Assembly: GCA_963705165.1 (NCBI GenBank)
Contig: CAVPJD010000003.1
Location: 1 to 49,077, forward strand
Length of the DNA: 49,077 nt
Source: an uncultured delta proteobacterium
GTDB taxonomy: Bacteria; Desulfobacterota; Syntrophia; Syntrophales; UBA2192
Direction: 5' to 3'
Within the stretch, counting starts at the first letter, position 1. Each line of letters opens with the position of its first letter. The notes beneath the pieces were generated by a model. It ran no database searches and was not told the DNA's origin. It was given only the letters and a program-made list of their open reading frames with translations. Made by a program: the position numbers and the translations under genes. Below, piece after piece: positions 42,798 to 49,077 of the stretch.

Positions 42798-44033
42798 ATG
42801 AACTCGGGTGATACCGCTTGGGTGCTCACATCTTCGGCACTCGTTCTTCTCATGACCATTCCCGGTCTGGCATTCTTTTACGGCGGACTCGTGAGGAGAA
42901 AAAACGTCCTGTCTGTTCTGATGCAGTGCCTCATCATTCTCTGCGTCATTACGCTACAATGGGTTCTTTTCGGTTACTCCCTGACATTCGGACCCGACAC
43001 GGGCCAGGGGATCATCGGCGGGCTGGACTGGGCAGGCCTGCGGAACGTGGGGGGGCAACCCAACACCGATTACGCGGCTACGATTCCGCACTATGCCTTC
43101 ATGATCTTCCAGTGCATGTTCGCGGTGATCACGCCGGCGCTGATCATCGGTACTTATGCCGAACGCATCAAATTCCCGGCGTTTCTCGCTTTCACGGTTC
43201 TCTGGGCGACCTTCGTGTATAACCCCCTCGGACACTGGGTCTGGGGAATGGGCGGGTGGCTCAGGGATCTGGGCGCGCTCGACTTCGCCGGCGGGATCGT
43301 GGTCCATACGAGCTCGGGGGTGTCGGCGCTGGTGCTCGCGCTGCTGATTGGACGCAGGATCGGTTTCGAGAAGAGAACTTTCGCCCCCCACAACCTGCCC
43401 TTCACGGTCATGGGAGGCGCCCTTCTGTGGTTCGGTTGGTTCGGGTTCAATGCCGGAAGCGCCCTGGCCGCCAACGAACTGGCCGCCAATGCCTTCGTCA
43501 CGACGACGGTCGCCACGGCGGCTGCCGGGTTCACCTGGGCCGTCATCGAGTGGATGACGCACAAGGCCCCCACGGCCCTCGGGGCCATATCAGGCGCCGT
43601 CGCGGGGCTGGTCGCCATCACGCCGGCCTGCGGTTTCGTAAACCCCATGAACGCCATCTTCATCGGCATGATCGCGAGCGTCTTCTGCTACATTGCCATC
43701 GCCAAGGTGAAGTCCTTCTTCAAGTATGACGATTCGCTCGACGTCTTCGGGATCCACGGCGTGGGCGGCATCTGGGGAACGCTGGCCGTGGGGCTCTTCG
43801 CCGAGAAGGCCGTCAACGAGGCCGGCGCCAACGGGCTTCTGTTCGGCAACGCCCAGCTCTTCCTCGTGCAGTGCATGCTGGTGGCCGTGACGGTGGTCTT
43901 CGCGGCAGCCATGACCTGGGTCATCTTCAAGCTCGTCGACGCCCTGATGTGTGTCCGCGTGGCGAAGACCGATGAAATCGTGGGGCTCGACCTCACCCAG
44001 CACAGCGAGTCGGCTTACACGCTGGTCGACTAG
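42798..44033 (+). CDS. amtB: Ammonium transporter (copy 2)
   Basis: [80 protein letters not shown]. Confidence 0.97.
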   Translation: MNSGDTAWVLTSSALVLLMTIPGLAFFYGGLVRRKNVLSVLMQCLIILCVITLQWVLFGYSLTFGPDTGQGIIGGLDWAGLRNVGGQPNTDYAATIPHYAFMIFQCMFAVITPALIIGTYAERIKFPAFLAFTVLWATFVYNPLGHWVWGMGGWLRDLGALDFAGGIVVHTSSGVSALVLALLIGRRIGFEKRTFAPHNLPFTVMGGALLWFGWFGFNAGSALAANELAANAFVTTTVATAAAGFTWAVIEWMTHKAPTALGAISGAVAGLVAITPACGFVNPMNAIFIGMIASVFCYIAIAKVKSFFKYDDSLDVFGIHGVGGIWGTLAVGLFAEKAVNEAGANGLLFGNAQLFLVQCMLVAVTVVFAAAMTWVIFKLVDALMCVRVAKTDEIVGLDLTQHSESAYTLVD

Positions 44034-44046
44034 GAGGAACGAACTC

Positions 44047-44388
44047 ATGAAATACATCATTGCCATCATCAAACCCCACAAGCTCGACGACGTGATGAAA
44101 GCGCTCGAAGAGGTCGACGTGAACCTGATGACCGTTTCCAATGTGCTCGGCAGGGGCCGGCAGATGGGTGTCACGGAGGTCTACCGGGGAACAAAAGAGG
44201 TGGGAAGCCTCCTGAAGAAGGTGAAGATCGAGATCGCCGTCAACGAAGACTTCGTGGAACCCACCGTCCAAGCCATCACCAAGGGCGCCCGCACGGGCGA
44301 GATCGGCGACGGCAAGATCTTCATCCTGGAGCTGCCCGAGGTCATCCGGATCCGCACCAGCGAGCGGGGCGGCCTGGCAATCGGATAA
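44047..44388 (+). CDS. glnK: PII-family nitrogen regulator GlnK (copy 2)
   Basis: [60 protein letters not shown]. Confidence 0.95.
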   Translation: MKYIIAIIKPHKLDDVMKALEEVDVNLMTVSNVLGRGRQMGVTEVYRGTKEVGSLLKKVKIEIAVNEDFVEPTVQAITKGARTGEIGDGKIFILELPEVIRIRTSERGGLAIG

Positions 44389-44463
44389 AAGACAGGCATC
44401 AGGCTAAGGGCTTCAGGCATCCGGCGAAGAGACGCACCTCCTTCGCCGGGTGCCTGGAGCATA

Positions 44464-44691
44464 GTGCCCAATGCCACATTCGATGGATTGAACATGAAAC
44501 ACGGAAAAGCGGAGAAACTGACCGTCAATCTGAAAGCACGCGTGAATGCCTACGAACGGGCGTTGGTCCTGGAAGCTTTGAAGACGGCAAGAGGCAATCA
44601 AAGCCACGCGGCAAAGATTCTCGGCACATCCCAGCGAATCGTAAATTACAAGATACGGAAATACAGCATTGACACAGGCCAGTTCCGGTAA
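44464..44691 (+). CDS. Second stand-alone Fis-type HTH protein, paralog of the activator's DNA-binding domain
   Basis: LKARVNAYERALVLEALKTARGNQSHAAKILGTSQRIVNYKIRKYSIDTGQFR; about 31 of 54 residues identical to the activator C-terminus by manual alignment. Start is GTG 44464 or ATG 44494. Confidence 0.83.
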   Translation: MPNATFDGLNMKHGKAEKLTVNLKARVNAYERALVLEALKTARGNQSHAAKILGTSQRIVNYKIRKYSIDTGQFR

Positions 44692-44774
44692 ATTCGTATC
44701 CCCCCCGGAGGCCCATCGCCGGCCATCGCGGGGGGGGGGGAGGCCTTTGCCTCCGCCCCCGCGCTGCGTTCTCG

Positions 44775-44907
44775 ACGATTTTGTACACTGCGTTTCAGGT
44801 TATACACTTTTGTATTGATTTGCAGCCTTTTTCGGCATCCCTATCGTGTAATTACTGCATGATATCAAACAGTTAAAAACCACTGTTGCACTGGCATCCC
44901 TATTGCT
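44775..44907 (+). promoter_or_regulatory. Paired boxes, IHF site and sigma54 promoter
   Basis: ACGATTTTGT 44775 and ACACTTTTGT 44804 (29 bp apart); TATCAAACAGTTA 44863-44875 matches WATCAANNNNTTR; TGGCAT-CCCTA-TTGCT 44892-44907. Confidence 0.85.
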
Positions 44908-44989
44908 GAAGGATCATTGAGACCTGGGCTGTGGCTCCCGTGACGGGCCCTGTAAAAGGTCGAGCAGCTGGCACGGAAAGGTCAATGGG

Positions 44990-45055
44990 ATGGACGCAGG
45001 TGACACCGCCTTGGGGTATCTGATCTGTGCCTGGGCGGGGCAAATAGCTGTGTAA
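44990..45055 (+). other. 21-codon mini-ORF resembling the AmtB N-terminus (remnant or small peptide)
   Basis: MDAGDTALGYLICAWAGQIAV* compared with [10 protein letters not shown] (amtB2) and NSGDTAWILVC (amtB1); GGAAAGG upstream. Confidence 0.45.
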
Positions 45056-45177
45056 ATCCTGCCAACGGGTGTATAAAGGTGACAGTGATGCCGGGCGGTC
45101 CTCCAACCGTCCAGGCGCTCTGTTTCTGCGATGGGTCCGCGTTTATTTTAACAACGGAAGGCGGCGTGAGGATAGCC

Positions 45178-45711
45178 ATGGTAAAGGCGATCGTGACGGG
45201 CGTCAGCAGCAAGATGGGCGACAGGCTGGTGCAGTTCGTGTATGAAGCGGACGGCATCGAGCTCATCGGCGCCGTCGATCCGAAAGGCAGCTCCGCCATC
45301 GGTCAGGATGTCGGGGAATATCATCACAAAGGTTTCTTCGGCGTGCCGATTGCCGGGGACCTCAGAGACTGCATCAAACACAGCTGCGTCGTCATCGATT
45401 TCACGGAGAAGGAGTCTTCCCTGGCCCACCTCACGATCGCGGCCGAGCACAAGACATCGATGGTCATGGGGACCATGGGGTTCATGCTCGACGAGATGGA
45501 ACGGATCCGCGAGCTGACGAAGAAGACACGCTGCGTCCTTGTGCCGAACGTCAGCCCTGCCCTTTTCAGTGAGATGGGCGCCGGGGTGGAACTGATCTAT
45601 CGCTCCTTCATCCGCGATACCTTCGCCCGCGAGGCCATTGCGGCAGCCAAGTGGATTGTGAAGCAGAAGAACGGGTTGTACGACATGCAGGACGTCCTCG
45701 GATTGAAGTAG
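45178..45711 (+). CDS. DapB-derived protein (177 aa): Rossmann domain only, substrate-binding domain missing
   Basis: MVKAIVTGVSSKMG, ELIGAVD, GQDVGE, VVIDFT, MVMGTMGF, VLVPNVS, then almost directly ELIYRSFIRDTFAREAIAAAKWI..KNGLYDMQDVLGLK. No EIHHxxKxDAPSGTA motif. Confidence 0.8.
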   Translation: MVKAIVTGVSSKMGDRLVQFVYEADGIELIGAVDPKGSSAIGQDVGEYHHKGFFGVPIAGDLRDCIKHSCVVIDFTEKESSLAHLTIAAEHKTSMVMGTMGFMLDEMERIRELTKKTRCVLVPNVSPALFSEMGAGVELIYRSFIRDTFAREAIAAAKWIVKQKNGLYDMQDVLGLK

Positions 45712-45910
45712 GCTCGTGAAAAACTGGTGATTGTTGCGTAATTGTGCTGCGGCGTACAATGATTCGCTCCTCGCCCTCGCGCGCCATCATTCAGTATTTT
45801 TGACGAGCCTTCGGTCCCCCATACAATATCGCGTACCCGTTTTTAATTACTTCAAAACAACCGAAATTACTCAAATTACCAATTATAGGATGCTTCTAAC
45901 GGAGGGTCGA

Positions 45911-47397
45911 ATGCCCGCTTTGCCCAAGCAGCCGCTCATCTATGAGATCAACACCTGGGTCTGGCTCGCCGAACTCAGCCGCAAGTACAAAAGCCCCATC
46001 ACGCTGTCCAGCGTTCCGCCCGAGGAATGGGAATCCATCGCCGCATTCGGATTCGATGCCGTCTGGTTGATGGGTGTCTGGCAGCGAAGCCCGGCCGGCA
46101 CGAGACTCGCACGGGGCCTTGCACCTCTTCTCGAGGAATACCGTAACGCACTTCCCGATTTTACCCCTGACGACATCCCCGGATCCCCTTACTGCATCCG
46201 GGATTACTGCGTTGACGAGCGACTCGGGGGTCCCGAGGGCCTCTACAAAGCCCGCAGGGCCCTTGCCGATTGCGGGCTCGGCCTGATCCTGGATTTCGTT
46301 CCAAATCACGTAGCCCTGGACCACGACTGGATCCGCGAGCACCCCGAATTCATCATCCAGGGAGATGCCACGGACCTGATCCGGGCTCCGCGGGAGTTCT
46401 TCCAATCCGGCGGGAGTGTCTTTGCCTGCGGCCGGGACCCCAACTACCCTCCCTGGGCGGACGTCGCCCAGCTCAATGCCTTTCATCCCGGCTTGAGGGA
46501 AGCCGCCGTCGGCACCCTTCTGGGTATCGCGAGCCAGTGTGACGGGGTTCGCTGCGACATGTCCATCCTGCTCATCAACCGGATCTTCCGCAAGACCTGG
46601 GGAAGCCGCGCCGGCAGAGAGCCGCAAAGCGAATACTGGGTGGAAGTCATCGAGGGTGTCCGAAGGCGCTACCCGGACTTTACATTCATCGCCGAGGCGT
46701 ATTGGGACCTGGAGCGTGAGCTCCAGCAGCAGGGCTTCGATTATTGCTACGACAAGCGCCTCTACGACTGTCTAATCCACGAGTCGGCCGACAAGATCCG
46801 GCTTCACCTTGCGGGAGACCCGGAAGTTCAGCACGGGCTCGTCCGATTCATCGAGAATCACGACGAGCCGAGAGCCGCGGCGATCTTTGATCCGCAGAAG
46901 GCCAGAGCTGTGGCAGTGGTCATCGCCACGCTTCCAGGGGCCAGGCTGTTTCACGACGGCCAGCTCGAGGGGCGCAAGATGAAACTGCCCGTCCAGCTCG
47001 GGCGCCAACCGGAGGAATCGCCGGACCTCGAGCTCCGCGGATTCTACAGGATTCTGCTGGATTCCGTAAGGGATGCGCAATTCCGGGAGGGAGCATGGAA
47101 GCTGTGCGAACTCTCCGGCTGGCCGGACAATGAAAGCTTCTTAAACCTCGTGGCGTGGAGCTGGGCCGGCAACGGCAAGCATCACCTGGTTGTCGTCAAC
47201 CTGGCGGAAAGGCATTCCCAGGGACGCGTTCGAATGCCGGGACTGCAGCTTACCGGGCGATCCTGGCGTCTTGTCGATCTTCTGTCAGGGGATGTCTTCG
47301 AGCGGGATGGGGACGAGATGACCGACCCAGGTCTGTTTGTGGACTTGAAACTTGGGGATATCACTTCCTTGAATTTAGCGCGCATGGCGCAAGGTGA
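45911..47397 (+). CDS. GH13 alpha-amylase-family glycoside hydrolase; probable -1 frameshift at ~47351 near the C-terminus
   Basis: GGAGGG RBS; IYEINTWVWL, DAVWLMGVW, LDFVPNHVA, DGVRCDM, FIAEAYW, RFIENHDEPRA. The plausible end WGYHFLEF...* (47397) is in the -1 frame; unshifted, the ORF ends at 47425 inside the repeat. Confidence 0.9.
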
Positions 47398-47477
47398 CAG
47401 GCGTCAGGTATCAGGTGACAGGTAAAAGATCAATCAACAGGATGTTCCTGTTACCTGTTACCTGTTACCTGTTACCC
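47391..47477. repeat. Heptamer inverted-repeat array (CAGGTRW-like x5, CCTGTTA x4) between convergent genes
   Basis: aaggtga-caggcgt-caggtat-caggtga-caggtaa ... (cctgtta)x4 at 47447-47474. Confidence 0.85.
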
Positions 47478-47481
47478 GCTT

Positions 47482-48261
47482 CTACCAGACTTCCCTTACC
47501 TTCACGCCGTTTCCGGAGAGGTACTCCTTCAACTCGGCGATCGTGTAAGTCCCGTAGTGCACGATGGAGGCGATGAGGGCCGCATCGGCCTTCGCCGTCG
47601 TCAGCACATCCAGCAGGTCTTCCTTCCTGCCGGCCCCTCCCGAGGCGATGACGGGAATCCTCACATTCGTCGTGATCAGGTGGGTGAGTTCCAACTCGTA
47701 TCCCTCCTGGGTCCCGTCGGCGTCGATGGAATTCAGGCAGATCTCCCCTGCCCCGAGATTCTCGGCCTCCCGGGCCCACCACAGGGCGTCGATCCCCATG
47801 TACTTCCTGCCGCCCTGGATGACGATCTCGTAGCCCGAGGGGATCTTCGCGCTCTTCTCGACTTTTTTCACATCCATCCCCAGGACGACACACTGGCAGC
47901 CGAAGGCAACGGCGCCTTCGCTGATGATCTTCGGATTCTCCACGGCGCCGGAGTTGACGCTGACCTTCTCCGCGCCTGCCAGGATGACGCTGCGCATGTT
48001 CTCGAGGGTCCGGATCCCCCCGCCGACGGAGAAGGGGATGAAGATCGTCTCGGCCACCCGCTTCACCACGTCGATCATGATGTCGCGGCCCTCCGATGAG
48101 GCGGTAATGTCATAGAAGACGATCTCGTCGGCTCCCTGCTCGTAGTATTGCCGCGCCACCTCCACGGGATCGCCGATGTCGATGTTGCCCTTGAACTTGA
48201 TCCCCTTGGTCAGCCTCCCGTCTCTCACATCCAGGCAGGGGATGATCCGTTTACTGAGCAT
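47482..48261 (-). CDS. hisF: Imidazole glycerol phosphate synthase cyclase subunit
   Basis: [64 protein letters not shown]. Confidence 0.97.
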   Translation of the reverse strand: MLSKRIIPCLDVRDGRLTKGIKFKGNIDIGDPVEVARQYYEQGADEIVFYDITASSEGRDIMIDVVKRVAETIFIPFSVGGGIRTLENMRSVILAGAEKVSVNSGAVENPKIISEGAVAFGCQCVVLGMDVKKVEKSAKIPSGYEIVIQGGRKYMGIDALWWAREAENLGAGEICLNSIDADGTQEGYELELTHLITTNVRIPVIASGGAGRKEDLLDVLTTAKADAALIASIVHYGTYTIAELKEYLSGNGVKVREVW

Positions 48262-48892
48262 AGTTCCCATCCCAGCGACTGAAGTTTTCCAAAATCCGCA
48301 GTCCGAAACGGCCGCTTTTCTCGGGGTGAAACTGGACCGCCACGAGACTGCCTCGCGATACGGCGGAGGCGAACCGGATGCCGTACTCCGTCTCCCCGAC
48401 AATGCCCGACCCGTTCGAGGGCGCCGGGTAGTAGGAGTGCACGAAGTAGAACTCGGCGTTTCCGGGGATGCCCTCAAACAGCGGGTGATTTCCCCTGAAC
48501 TGAACACGATTCCAGCCCATATGCGGGATTTTGAGGGGATCGCCTGTCTCCTTCATGCCCTCGGGAAAACGTTTGACGCCGCCGGGGATGATTCCCAGGC
48601 AGGTCGTCCTGCTGTCCTCTTCGCTGTACTCGAAGATGACCTGTGTGCCCAGGCATATCCCGAGAAGGGGTTTTCCCGATTTGGCGATCTCGCGTATACA
48701 TTCATCCAGTCCCGATTCGCGGAGATTCCGCATGGCCTCCCCGGCGGCGCCCACCCCGGGGAAAATCACCCGATCGGCCCGCAGGAGTTCATCGGCGCGG
48801 TCCGTGATTACACAGGCAACCTTCAGGCTCTGGAGGGCACGGGCAACGCTCGTCAGGTTGCCTGCCCGATAATCGACGATGGCTATCATCAA
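48251..48892 (-). CDS. hisH: Imidazole glycerol phosphate synthase glutamine amidotransferase subunit
   Basis: [46 protein letters not shown]. Confidence 0.97.
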   Translation of the reverse strand: MMIAIVDYRAGNLTSVARALQSLKVACVITDRADELLRADRVIFPGVGAAGEAMRNLRESGLDECIREIAKSGKPLLGICLGTQVIFEYSEEDSRTTCLGIIPGGVKRFPEGMKETGDPLKIPHMGWNRVQFRGNHPLFEGIPGNAEFYFVHSYYPAPSNGSGIVGETEYGIRFASAVSRGSLVAVQFHPEKSGRFGLRILENFSRWDGNYAQ

Positions 48893-49077
48893 TCACTCGA
48901 ATCCGATTTTTTTGATTTCGCATGATAGCTCAAATGCCCGCGAAAAGCAATGTTTGCGGGCATTTTCGGCAATATTTTCCTTGACCGTCCCGCATCCGGG
49001 GTATAAATATTGTAACAGGGATTCTCACAAGGCATCCTGATCCACCGTATCCATTACCAGCTTTTCGACACCTTTTC

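Noticed and set aside
44700..44740. Poly-C/poly-G tract (G11) as a phase-variable switch
   Set aside because: It lies outside coding sequence and upstream of the boxes, so length change would not alter box-promoter spacing; more likely a GC hairpin, and homopolymer length is unreliable here.

Overview
The window has two unrelated parts joined abruptly at about 6580-6585. (1) Bases 1-6580 are AT-rich and Bacteroidetes-like. They carry a surface-polysaccharide sugar locus (fnlA-fnlB-fnlC for UDP-L-FucNAc, plus a DegT-family aminotransferase) and a truncated secreted protein. These genes contain six -1 frameshifts, most likely sequencing errors. (2) Bases 6585-49077 are GC-rich and resemble a Deltaproteobacterium/Desulfobacterota genome. 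They hold housekeeping genes (mltA, short argA-like GNAT, recN, nadK, rdgC-like, hisC, TIGR01212 radical SAM, mnmG, ypfJ), a Cache+MCP pair, a VIT-vWA/ECF sigma/anti-sigma module with a sigmaE-type promoter, and a ~21 kb nitrogen-assimilation cluster. That cluster contains a GAF-AAA+-HTH sigma54 activator, a three-gene split glutamate synthase, glnA, carAB, purF and two amtB-glnK operons; a GH13 gene and hisF/hisH follow it. The most interesting signal is a regulatory circuit readable from the DNA. Five sigma54 promoters are preceded by a palindromic ACA-N4-TGT box, in four cases repeated at 29-30 bp spacing. Two stand-alone small proteins are copies of only the activator's DNA-binding domain. 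The last promoter drives a 21-codon AmtB-like mini-ORF and a DapB derivative that has lost exactly its catalytic domain. Intergenic heptamer/octamer inverted-repeat arrays occur throughout the GC-rich part. All calls come from reading the sequence; no database searches were run.
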